Below are positions 1-7,814 of a stretch of 64,000 nucleotides of DNA, in pieces. The notes under the pieces were generated by a model. The model saw only the letters and a list, made by a program, of their open reading frames with translations, made no database searches and was not told where the DNA came from. Location: NCBI GenBank assembly GCA_937892915.1, contig CALBIC010000181.1:2909-66908 (forward strand). The letters are read 5' to 3'. Every line of letters starts with the position of its first letter. Position 1 is the first letter of the stretch. The position numbers and the translations under genes were made by a program. This DNA comes from an uncultured Rhodobacterales bacterium (GTDB lineage: Bacteria > Pseudomonadota > Alphaproteobacteria > Rhodobacterales > Rhodobacteraceae).

Positions 1-60
1 TTGGATCACCGATCACGGCGTCCAGCAAGAGCGCGATAATTAGCAGGGCAAGATGGCTTG

Positions 61-1029
61 TCATTGCGATTTCAGGGCGGCTTGCAGTCGGGAAAATGCC
101 TGATCGCTGCCGGGAAGGCCAAGGCGGATCCAGGTTTTTGAATAGGGAAAAATCCGGCTGAGGATTTTGGCTTTCGCCAGATGGTTTTGCGCGGCGGCGG
201 CGTCGGGCGTTTCATAAAGGCGGAAAAGATCGGTGCCGCCAACTGTCTGCCATCCGGCCGCAGTTGCAATTGCATCGAGGCGGGCGCTGGCGGCGGCAAG
301 CCGGTCGCGGGTTACGCTGGCCCAAATATCGTCGTTCAAAGCGGCGGCACCAATGGCTAAGGCAGCGCCGGAAACCGGCCATGGGCCGCACAGGCTTTTC
401 AGGCGCGCGTGGATGGCGGGCGCTGATATCGCAAAGCCAAGCCGCACCCCGGCAAGACCCCAGAACTTGCCAAAGCTTTTCAGGATCACCACGTTGTCAT
501 GATGGGCAAGGTTGCACAGGGAATGGGTGGGCGTCACATCGCAAAAGCTTTCGTCGATGACAACCAAGCGATAAGCCGATGGATCAATGTTGCCCGCGCG
601 CCATAATTTTCCGTCCGGGTTGTTGGGATGGACAAGGACAAGAACGTCGGCGGGTGCAAGGTGCGGCAGCACTGACCAGCCTTGCGCGGCAAACGCGGCG
701 GCGTGTTCGTTATAGGTGGGGCTGGGGATCGAAACGGTTTGGCCCGAGGCGAGGTGTGGCATCATTGCAATCAGGGCAGATGCGCCGTTGGCGGCAAGAA
801 TTTCTGCCCTGTTTGGCACCTGCCAAAAGCTGCGGGCTGCGGTTTCAAGCGCGGCCTGCGCCTTGGCGTCGGGCAGGTCGGTCCATGTGCTAGGTTCAAG
901 GGCCGGCAGTTGATAGGGGGTGGGGTTGATGCCGGTTGACAAGTCAAGCCAATCGCCACGTGCGCCGCCATATTCGGCGAGGGCGGCATCAAGGCCACCG
1001 CCATGATCGCGGGTGGGTGCCCGGCTCAT
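61..1029 (-). CDS. cobD: L-threonine-O-3-phosphate decarboxylase (CobD/CobC family, PLP-dependent)
   Basis: ORF 61..1092. Motifs seen: HGG...DWLDLSTGINP, HPNNPDG and SFGKFWGLAGVRLG (PLP-Lys region). Start moved to ATG 1029 (MSRAPTRDHGGG), which makes an ATGA overlap with the stop of the upstream DUF1636 gene. Confidence 0.8.
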   Translation of the reverse strand: MSRAPTRDHGGGLDAALAEYGGARGDWLDLSTGINPTPYQLPALEPSTWTDLPDAKAQAALETAARSFWQVPNRAEILAANGASALIAMMPHLASGQTVSIPSPTYNEHAAAFAAQGWSVLPHLAPADVLVLVHPNNPDGKLWRAGNIDPSAYRLVVIDESFCDVTPTHSLCNLAHHDNVVILKSFGKFWGLAGVRLGFAISAPAIHARLKSLCGPWPVSGAALAIGAAALNDDIWASVTRDRLAAASARLDAIATAAGWQTVGGTDLFRLYETPDAAAAQNHLAKAKILSRIFPYSKTWIRLGLPGSDQAFSRLQAALKSQ

Positions 1030-1415
1030 TCCGGGGGTCCGTCCAGCACTGGCAGGCGACTGACGAAATGGCCTTTGACGCCCTGTGGCCAACTGCGGAA
1101 CGGCACTTGGCCGGTTTCGGTTTGCTGGTGCAGACGCGCGTATTCGACGATATCGGCGGCACTGTCGGTGGCTGGATCAAACCCGCCCATCACATAGGTC
1201 AGCTTGCCGTGCGCCTGAATGGCCAGATTGCAGCCTTTACCGCAACCCATCAGGCAGGCGTGCCTGCGGGTTTTGACGCCGGTAACGCCTTTGGCGGCGG
1301 CTTCGATCAGGTCGGCCAACACTTCGCCATCGCTTTCTTGGGCTCCCCGGTCGGCCCAATCCGGGCGCTTGCAGGTGTCGCAGATGGTGATGGTTGTTGA
1401 TGTCGATATGGTCAC
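1026..1415 (-). CDS. DUF1636-family predicted metal-binding protein (typical of cob clusters)
   Basis: ORF 1026..1451 with Cys motifs ICDTCKRPDW and ACLMGCGKGCN. GTG at 1415 is preferred as the start because a GAGG sits about 8 nt upstream; ATG 1451 has no RBS. Coupled to cobD. Confidence 0.65.
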   Translation of the reverse strand: MTISTSTTITICDTCKRPDWADRGAQESDGEVLADLIEAAAKGVTGVKTRRHACLMGCGKGCNLAIQAHGKLTYVMGGFDPATDSAADIVEYARLHQQTETGQVPFRSWPQGVKGHFVSRLPVLDGPPE

Positions 1416-1577
1416 GCGGTGGCCTCGTTCACTGGATGCGCCGATGTTCAAGCGGATTTTGGTAAGTGGCGCAATGGCAAAGGTGATCGGCGGCGGTTTT
1501 CCGGCGTCTTTGCGGGCGCGTTAACGAAAAATTAACAAAGGTTACCGACAACTGAGCGGTAGTGTTTTGAGGTGTGC

Positions 1578-1967
1578 ATGATGCGAGTTCTGATTGTCGA
1601 GAGCAATGCCGCACTTGGGACAATCTGGAAGCGGCATCTGGAACGGCAAGGTCAATCGGTTGATCTGGTGGCCGATCAACCCGCGGCTATCGCGCATATT
1701 CAACGGCAATCGCCGGATATACTGGTGGTGAATTTGACCCTGACAAATGGCAGCGCCTTGGCGATTGCCGATTTTGCCAGCTATCGCGCGCCGCGTGCCC
1801 GGGTGATTTTTGTGACCAGTGGCAGCTTTTTCTCTGACGGTTCGATCTTTGCACATGTGCCCAATGCCTGCGCTTTTCTGCCCACCGGCGTGCCGCCGGA
1901 TGATCTGGCGGCACTGGTGGCGCATTACGGGGTGCTGTCGATCAGCCCCGTCCGTGTGGTTCCATAA
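1578..1967 (+). CDS. Single-domain response-regulator receiver-like protein (atypical, likely pseudo-receiver)
   Basis: ORF 1572..1967 with a CheY-like pattern (RVLIVESN ... DILVVNLTL ... VIFVTSG). The expected acidic pair reads E-S, the phospho-acceptor position reads N (VVNLTL), and no KP motif is present. A GAGG lies before ATG 1578/1581. Confidence 0.7.
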   Translation: MMRVLIVESNAALGTIWKRHLERQGQSVDLVADQPAAIAHIQRQSPDILVVNLTLTNGSALAIADFASYRAPRARVIFVTSGSFFSDGSIFAHVPNACAFLPTGVPPDDLAALVAHYGVLSISPVRVVP

Positions 1968-2916
1968 AATCAATGACCGGATTGATAGGAATGATCCGGT
2001 AGGGGTTTATGGTTTCGTGGCTGTAATGATAATGCCGGATGATGTGATCCATATTGACGGTTTCAGCCACACCCGGCCATTGATAAAGCTCGCGCGTATA
2101 GGCCCAGAGGTTGGGATATTCGCGCAGCCATTTGCGATTGCACTTGAAATGCGTGTGATAGACCGGATCAAACCGCACGAGGGTTGGGAAAAGCCGCCAG
2201 TCGGCCTCGGTCAGGCGGTCGCCCATCAGGTAGCGGTTTTCTGACAGCCGGGTTTCCAGCCAGTCAAGCGTGTCAAAAAGCGCAACAGACACCGCGTCGT
2301 AAGCTGCCTGCGTGGTGGCAAAGCCGCATTTGTAAACGCCGTTGTTAAAGGTGTCATAGATGCGGGCGTTTACCGGTTCCATCGCGGTTTGCAGATCGGT
2401 CGGCCAGAAATCCGAATTGTTGCCGGTCAGCCCGTTGAAGGCGGAATTCAGCATCCGGATGATTTCCGAACTTTCGTTGGAGACGATGGTGTTTTGCTGT
2501 TTGTCCCACAGGATCGGCACAGTCACACGGCCAGAAACGCCAGGGTCAGCGCGGGTATAGATATCGCGCAGGAACGCAGAGTGAAACAGCCTGTCGCCAG
2601 TGGCGCCTTTGTCATCGGTTTGAAAGGTCCAGCCATCGGTCAGCATGTCAGGATGCACCACGTCAACGCTGATATAATCGGCCAGGCCTTTGATGTGCCG
2701 AAAGATCAGGGTGCGATGCGCCCAGGGGCACGCATAGGAAACATAAAGATGATAGCGCCCGCTTTCTGCCTTGAAGCCGCCAGTGCCGGATGGCCCGGCA
2801 CTGCCATCGGCGGTGATCCAGTTGCGAAAGCTCGATGTGCTACGCACGAAAGCCCCGCCCGAGGCTTTGGTGTCATACCATTCGTTTGTCCATTTTCCGT
2901 TGACCAATTGGCCCAT
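1942..2916 (-). CDS. yqjG: Glutathionyl-hydroquinone reductase (Xi-class GST, YqjG/ECM4 family)
   Basis: 324 aa with the characteristic CPWAHR active-site motif and a YHLYVSYACPWAHRTLI context. Its 3' end overlaps the convergent receiver gene by 26 nt. Confidence 0.85.
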   Translation of the reverse strand: MGQLVNGKWTNEWYDTKASGGAFVRSTSSFRNWITADGSAGPSGTGGFKAESGRYHLYVSYACPWAHRTLIFRHIKGLADYISVDVVHPDMLTDGWTFQTDDKGATGDRLFHSAFLRDIYTRADPGVSGRVTVPILWDKQQNTIVSNESSEIIRMLNSAFNGLTGNNSDFWPTDLQTAMEPVNARIYDTFNNGVYKCGFATTQAAYDAVSVALFDTLDWLETRLSENRYLMGDRLTEADWRLFPTLVRFDPVYHTHFKCNRKWLREYPNLWAYTRELYQWPGVAETVNMDHIIRHYHYSHETINPYRIIPINPVIDFMEPHGRG

Positions 2917-3030
2917 TTAACCCGTCCTTGTTTTGGTGCCTTACACCTAACGGTTTTAGATTTGGAATAAATACCCCAATTTGAATAAGATTGTTTCCGT
3001 TTTGGTGACAATGGCGTGAAGACCGCTGGC

Positions 3031-3085
3031 GCGGGCGAGGGCGCTGCCCTCGCGCTCCCGGGATATTTTTACCGAAAAGAAATGG
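3031..3085. repeat. REP/MITE-like mosaic repeat copy (hairpin GCGAGGGC-GCT-GCCCTCGC plus CCCGGGATATTTTTACCGAAAAGAAA arm)
   Basis: Shares the GGGCGCTGCCC hairpin module and the CCCGGGATATTT..CCGAAAAGAAA arm with the copies at 14050 and 26834. Lies in the cbiX 5' leader. Confidence 0.7.
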
Positions 3086-3291
3086 AAGGCAGTGTCGGCG
3101 ATGATCTAAAGGGCGGCGATTCCCGGATTGCGTTTCGGGGCGTTTCGGTTTCTAAGGACCGGGACGAAGCCCCAGATGGGGCCGGAGAGGTGCGCTGCAA
3201 TCGTGATCGACCCAAACGGGGATCACAGGGGCAGCATCGTCGATGGGCCGGTGGCCCTGTTGCCTCTGGATATTTGGAACGGAGGTGGAAT

Positions 3292-4389
3292 ATGTCAAAG
3301 ATAGGTGTGATGATTTGCGGCCATGGCTCGCGAAGTCAGGCAGCAGTGGATGAATTTGCGGTTTTGGCGCAGCGGCTGCCGGCGTTACTGCCCAGCGATT
3401 GGATGGTCGATTACGGCTATCTGGAGTTTGCCAATCCGGTAATCCGCGACGGGCTTGACCGTTTGCGCGACGCGGGCTGCGACCGGATTTTGGCGGTGCC
3501 GGGGATGTTGTTTGCAGCGATGCATTCCAAGAACGATATTCCGACGGTTTTGAACACTTACGCCGCCAAGCACGGCATTGACGTGTCTTATGGCCGCGAG
3601 CTTGGCGTTGACCCCAAGATGATCGCGGCAGCAGGCGCGCGCATTCAGGAAGCGGTTGACCGCGCCAATGCCACGCATGGCGAACTGCCGATGCACGAGA
3701 CGGCCTTGGTGGTGATCGGACGCGGCGCATCTGACCCTGACGCGAACTCCAATGTCAGCAAGATCGCGCGGATGTTGTGGGAAGGCATGGGGTTTGGCTG
3801 GTGCGAAACCGGTTATTCCGGCGTGACTTTTCCGCTGGTCGAGCCGTGTTTGGAACATGTGGCGCGGCTGGGGTATAAGCGGGTCATCGTGTTTCCATAC
3901 TTCCTGTTTACCGGGATTTTGATTGACCGGATTTACGGCTTTACCGATCAGGTGGCGGCGGCGCATCCGGATATACAGTTTGTGAAGGCCGGATATCTGA
4001 ACGATCACGACAAGGTGCTGGAAACTTTTGCGGAACGGGTGACAGAGCAGGTTGGCGAGCTGCCACCGCCCAACTGTGCGATGTGCAAATACCGGGTGCA
4101 GGTTCTGGGGTTTGAGGCCGAAGTTGGCCTGCCGCAGGAAAGCCATCACCATCATGTCGAGGGGCAGGGTGCTGCGGCGCCGGGCTCGAACGTGGCGGAT
4201 TGTGATTTATGCGATACCTTTTGCACTGGGGAATGCCGGTTGGAAGTCGCGGATCACGGGCATGGGCATGGGCACCATCACGACCACGCGCATAGCCATG
4301 ACCATCATCACCACGATCATGATCACTCGCACCAGCCTTATCCACATGCAAAACATCCGCTTGGGCCGGAAAGCGCGCGCAAGAAATGA
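3292..4389 (+). CDS. cbiX: Sirohydrochlorin cobaltochelatase, long-form CbiX with Cys cluster and His-rich C-terminal tail
   Basis: ORF 3016..4389. Start set at ATG 3292 (MSKIGVMICGHGSR), preceded by GGAGGTGG. Two CbiX half-domains are visible (GHGSR..., VVIGRGASDPDAN). The C-terminus carries NCAMCKYR, CDLCDTFCTGEC, and the His runs HHHH and HGHGHGHHHDHAHSHDHHHHDHDHSH. Confidence 0.85.
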   Translation: MSKIGVMICGHGSRSQAAVDEFAVLAQRLPALLPSDWMVDYGYLEFANPVIRDGLDRLRDAGCDRILAVPGMLFAAMHSKNDIPTVLNTYAAKHGIDVSYGRELGVDPKMIAAAGARIQEAVDRANATHGELPMHETALVVIGRGASDPDANSNVSKIARMLWEGMGFGWCETGYSGVTFPLVEPCLEHVARLGYKRVIVFPYFLFTGILIDRIYGFTDQVAAAHPDIQFVKAGYLNDHDKVLETFAERVTEQVGELPPPNCAMCKYRVQVLGFEAEVGLPQESHHHHVEGQGAAAPGSNVADCDLCDTFCTGECRLEVADHGHGHGHHHDHAHSHDHHHHDHDHSHQPYPHAKHPLGPESARKK

Positions 4390-5885
4390 CCAAGGCGTTG
4401 TTTGACGGTTATCTGATGGTGGATTGGTCTGCCGCCGGAACCCGCAAGACGGGGGCTGATTCCATATGGCTGGCGTGGTTGCCACAGAGCGGGCGGGTGA
4501 CTCTTGAAAACCCGGCGACACGGCTGGCGGCGATGGTGCGGATACGCGACATTCTGGCGACCGCACAGGGGCGGGTGCTGGCTGGGTTTGATTTTGCCTT
4601 CGGCTATCCTTCCGGCACGGCCAGAGCACTGACCGGGCAGGATGATTGGCGCGGGTTATGGGCATTGATTGCGGATGTGGTTTCCGAGGGCGATGGCAAT
4701 GGCAATAACCGGTTTGATGCGGCGGCTGCGTTGAACGCCAAAATGGGCGGTGACGGGCCGTTTTGGGGCAATGGGATGAAGCGGGATATTGTTGGGCTGC
4801 CGCGCTTGCGCCCGCAGGGTTACGGCGTGAAATGGCCTGCCCAAAAGCGCCATGCTGAAACGATTGCGCGTGGGGCGCAGGAGGTTTGGAAGCTGAATGG
4901 GGCCGGCTCGGTCGGGGGGCAGGCTTTGACCGGGATTGCGTTACTTGAAGGATTGCGCCGTGATCTGGATGTGCGGGTCTGGCCGTTTGAAGCCCATGAT
5001 CTGGGTGGGCATGTATTGGCCGAGATTTATCCGTCGCTGGTTCCTCCGCATCCGGACGAGGCGGTGAAAGACGCAGGACAAGTGCGGGCGTTTGCCGAGA
5101 CGATCGCGCGGCTGGATAGGGCGGGGGAACTGGCGGCCTTGATGGCGGCACCTGCGAAAATGCCACCAGAGGTTTGCCGCGAGGAGGCGGTAATGTTGGG
5201 GGCAGGCATGCTTGATCTTTCGCCTCCGGCGGCGCGTATCGGCCACAAAATACGTTATGAACATGACCCGAAAGCGATTTACCGGCAGTCGTTCGCGACA
5301 GTGCGCAGCGAGGCGCGGCTGGAACGGTTTGACGTTGGCATGGCGTCAATGGCGGTGCGGTTGATCCATGCCTGCGGTATGGTTGAAGTGGCGGACCGGC
5401 TGGCGTTTTCGCCGGGTGCTATTACGGCTGGCCGCGCGGCATTGCTGGCCGGTGCGCCGGTAATATGCGATTGCGAAATGGCGGCGGCTGGGGTTATCCG
5501 GCGCTATCTGCCTGCGGGAAACGACGTGCTGGTGACGCTGAACGATCCGCGCGTGCCGGCGCGGGCGGCGGCGATTGGCAATACGCGGTCAGCGGCGGCG
5601 GTGGAGTTGTGGCGCGACCGGATCGAAGGCGCGGTGGTGGCGATTGGCAATGCGCCGACGGCACTGTTTCATCTGCTGGAATTGCTTGATCAGGGCTGGC
5701 CGAAACCGGCGGTTATTCTGGGATTTCCGGTGGGGTTTGTCGGGGCTGCCGAAAGCAAGGCGGCGCTGGCGGCAAATGCGCGGGGCTGTGAATTTGTGGC
5801 ATTGCGCGGGCGACGCGGTGGATCGGCCATGGCCTCGGCTGCAGTGAACGCCTTGGCGGCCGGGCTGCCGGAGGAGCGGGAATGA
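4386..5885 (+). CDS. cobH: Precorrin-8X methylmutase (CobH/CbiC) with a roughly 287-aa uncharacterised N-terminal domain
   Basis: 499-aa ORF with an ATGA overlap on the cbiX stop. Residues from about 288 to 499 (YEHDPKAIYRQSFATVRSEARLERF ... AIGNAPTAL ... GFPVGFVGAAESK) have normal CobH length and motifs. Residues 1 to about 287 (MVDWSAAG..., AEIYPS) are extra. Confidence 0.8.
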   Translation: MTKALFDGYLMVDWSAAGTRKTGADSIWLAWLPQSGRVTLENPATRLAAMVRIRDILATAQGRVLAGFDFAFGYPSGTARALTGQDDWRGLWALIADVVSEGDGNGNNRFDAAAALNAKMGGDGPFWGNGMKRDIVGLPRLRPQGYGVKWPAQKRHAETIARGAQEVWKLNGAGSVGGQALTGIALLEGLRRDLDVRVWPFEAHDLGGHVLAEIYPSLVPPHPDEAVKDAGQVRAFAETIARLDRAGELAALMAAPAKMPPEVCREEAVMLGAGMLDLSPPAARIGHKIRYEHDPKAIYRQSFATVRSEARLERFDVGMASMAVRLIHACGMVEVADRLAFSPGAITAGRAALLAGAPVICDCEMAAAGVIRRYLPAGNDVLVTLNDPRVPARAAAIGNTRSAAAVELWRDRIEGAVVAIGNAPTALFHLLELLDQGWPKPAVILGFPVGFVGAAESKAALAANARGCEFVALRGRRGGSAMASAAVNALAAGLPEERE

Positions 5886-5906
5886 GTATTTTTGAAACTA
5901 TGATGG
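5884..5906. repeat. Short copy of the GTATTTTTGAAACTATGAT repeat arm
   Basis: GAGTATTTTTGAAACTATGATGG in the 22-nt cobH-cobL spacer. The same arm occurs at 9690-9712, at 16650-16671, and inverted at 60597-60620. Confidence 0.6.
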
Positions 5907-5907
5907 T

Positions 5908-7116
5908 ATGGGGATGAGCGCGCCTTGGCTGCATATCATCGGTATCGGTGAAGATGGTTTAGACGGGCTGACGCCTGCGACGCGGGCTGTGGTTGAGGCC
6001 GCCGAGGTGATTGTCGGGGGGGATCGGCATCATGTTTTGGCGGCGGCTGTGGCAGCCCAGCGGGTGGCTTGGCCTTCGCCGTTTGATGCGTTGATTTCAA
6101 CGCTGTTGGGGTTCAAAGGCAAGCGGGTTGTGGTGCTGGCAACCGGGGATCCTTTGTGGTTTTCGGTGGGCGCACGGATCGGGCGGGCGATTGATCCGGC
6201 TGAGATCACCTATCATCCGCAGGTTGGTGCGTTTCAATTGGCCGCAGCGCGGATGGGCTGGAGCATGGCCGATCTTGAAACGCTGACGGTGCATGGCCGC
6301 CCGGTCGAGCAGATGATCGCGTTTATTCAGCCGATGCAGCGGTTGCTGATCCTGACGACGGGTGCACAAACGCCGGCGCAAATCGCAGGCTTTTTGACCA
6401 AGCGCGGTTATGGCAACAGCCGGATGACCGTGCTGGCGGCGATGGGTGGGCCGGATGAGGCGCGGTTTGACGGATTGGCGCAAAGCTGGGCGCATATTGT
6501 GCCAGCCTTCAACACGCTGGCGGTGGAATGTATCGCGGCACCAGACGCAGCCCTGATGCCGCGCGTGCCGGGGTTGGCGGATGATCTGTTTCAGCATGAC
6601 GGTACGATGACCAAGCAGGAAGTACGGGCGGCGACGCTGGCGAAACTGATGCCGATGCGGGGTGCCTTGTTGTGGGATGTGGGCTGTGGCTGCGGCTCGG
6701 TCGCGGTGGAGTGGATGCGCGGCGCGCGTTATGCGCGGGCAGTTGGGATTGAACCCAAAGCCGAGCGGCGAGTTTTTGCGGCGGCCAATGCGCTGGCACT
6801 GGGTGCGCCGGGATTGCAGATCATTGACGGCGAAGCACCGGATGCTTTGGCGGGGCTGGACGCGCCGGATGCGATTTTCATTGGCGGTGGCTTGTCGCGC
6901 GAGGTTTTTGCGGCGTGTTGGGACGCATTGCGCCCATTGGGGCGGCTGGTGGTCAATGCAGTCACATTGGAAAGCGAAGCGGTTTTGCTGGCGCTGCACG
7001 CGGAATATGGCGGTGATCTGGTCAAGATCGCGGTCAGTCGCGTGGTTCCAATCGGGCGCTTGCATGGTTGGCGGCCTTTGATGCCGGTGACGCAATGGGC
7101 CTTGGTGAAACGATGA
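5908..7116 (+). CDS. cobL: Precorrin-6Y C5,15-methyltransferase (decarboxylating), CbiE+CbiT fusion
   Basis: 402 aa. N-terminal tetrapyrrole methylase part (WLHIIGIGEDGLDGLT). C-terminal CbiT-like SAM methyltransferase part (GTMTKQEVRAATLAKL..LWDVGCGCGSVAVEW). Confidence 0.85.
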   Translation: MGMSAPWLHIIGIGEDGLDGLTPATRAVVEAAEVIVGGDRHHVLAAAVAAQRVAWPSPFDALISTLLGFKGKRVVVLATGDPLWFSVGARIGRAIDPAEITYHPQVGAFQLAAARMGWSMADLETLTVHGRPVEQMIAFIQPMQRLLILTTGAQTPAQIAGFLTKRGYGNSRMTVLAAMGGPDEARFDGLAQSWAHIVPAFNTLAVECIAAPDAALMPRVPGLADDLFQHDGTMTKQEVRAATLAKLMPMRGALLWDVGCGCGSVAVEWMRGARYARAVGIEPKAERRVFAAANALALGAPGLQIIDGEAPDALAGLDAPDAIFIGGGLSREVFAACWDALRPLGRLVVNAVTLESEAVLLALHAEYGGDLVKIAVSRVVPIGRLHGWRPLMPVTQWALVKR

Positions 7117-7814
7117 ACGGCAAGTTTTATGGCATCGGGCTTGGGCCGGGCGATCCGGAACTGATGACGCTCAAGGCGCATCGGTTAATCTCGGCGGCGG
7201 ATGTGGTGGCCTATCCGGCGCTTGCCGGGGCGGAAAGTTTTGCACGGGCGATTGCGGCGGGCAGCCTGAAACCGGGCGCCGTGGAAATCGTAATTGATGT
7301 GCCGATGACAGTAGACCGCGCCCCGGCGCAGGCGGCTTATGACGCGGGTGCGGCCCGGATTGCCGAGGCTTTGGAGGCCGGGCAGGATGTTGTGGTTCTG
7401 TGCGAGGGCGACCCGATGTTTTACGGCTCGTTCATGTATCTGCATGCGCGGTTGAGTGGGCGGTTTGACTGCGAAGTGGTGCCGGGTGTTACCTCGATCA
7501 CGGCCTGTGCGGCGGCACTGGGGCGACCCTTGGCGGCGCGAAATGACGTGCTGACGGTGATACCGGGCCCGCTGGATGCAGCGGCGATGCGCGCGCAGGT
7601 CGAGGCGGCTGATGCAGTGGCGATTATGAAGGTGGGGCGGCATTTGCCAAAGATCAGGCAGGTATTGGCCTCGCTTGGACTGAGCGCGCGCGCGGTCTAT
7701 ATCGAACGCGCCACGCTGGGGAACGAGAGGTCGATGCCTTTGGCAGATGCACCTGAAAATGCCCCATATTTTTCAATGATTTTAATGACAAAAGGGGATG
7801 ATCCTTGGCTTTAG
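7113..7814 (+). CDS. cobI: Precorrin-2 / cobalt-factor-II C20-methyltransferase
   Basis: ORF 7068..7814. Start set at ATG 7113 (MNGKFYGIGLGPGDPELMT), which overlaps the cobL stop as ATGA. Confidence 0.85.
   Translation: MNGKFYGIGLGPGDPELMTLKAHRLISAADVVAYPALAGAESFARAIAAGSLKPGAVEIVIDVPMTVDRAPAQAAYDAGAARIAEALEAGQDVVVLCEGDPMFYGSFMYLHARLSGRFDCEVVPGVTSITACAAALGRPLAARNDVLTVIPGPLDAAAMRAQVEAADAVAIMKVGRHLPKIRQVLASLGLSARAVYIERATLGNERSMPLADAPENAPYFSMILMTKGDDPWL

Noticed and set aside
2917-3291. Expected a cobalamin riboswitch in the 375-nt leader upstream of cbiX
   Set aside because: I could not find the conserved elements on either strand: AAxAGGGAA...GGTG, CCCGCxACTGT, GCCACTG...GGGAAGG, or the B12 box AGCCAGGAGACCTGCC. 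The leader instead contains a repeat-family copy. A covariance-model scan (Rfam RF00174) would be decisive; a hit would overturn this rejection.
3016-3291. N-terminal extensions of several track ORFs (3016, 7068, 12993, 21518, 22949, 38887, 41792, 43745, 45429, 45980; also minus-strand 1092, 28482, 33768, 38239, 40663, 54739, 56702)
   Set aside because: The extensions overlap upstream genes or intergenic repeats and are compositionally aberrant. Internal starts that match family N-termini have RBS-like sequences or ATGA/GTGA coupling overlaps, so the start coordinates were trimmed.
4207-5349. Long antisense ORFs opposite real genes. Examples: 4207..5349(-), 6097..7095(-), 7835..8713(-), 8865..9677(-), 10870..11736(-), 15564..16454(-), 25427..26221(-), 31342..32151(-), 43820..44563(-), 53769..54815(-), 56545..57741(-), 58922..59683(-)
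   Set aside because: Their translations are Arg/Pro/Gln/His-rich, low-complexity and motif-free, as expected from stop-poor alternative frames in about 60% GC DNA. Each overlaps a gene with clear family motifs on the other strand.
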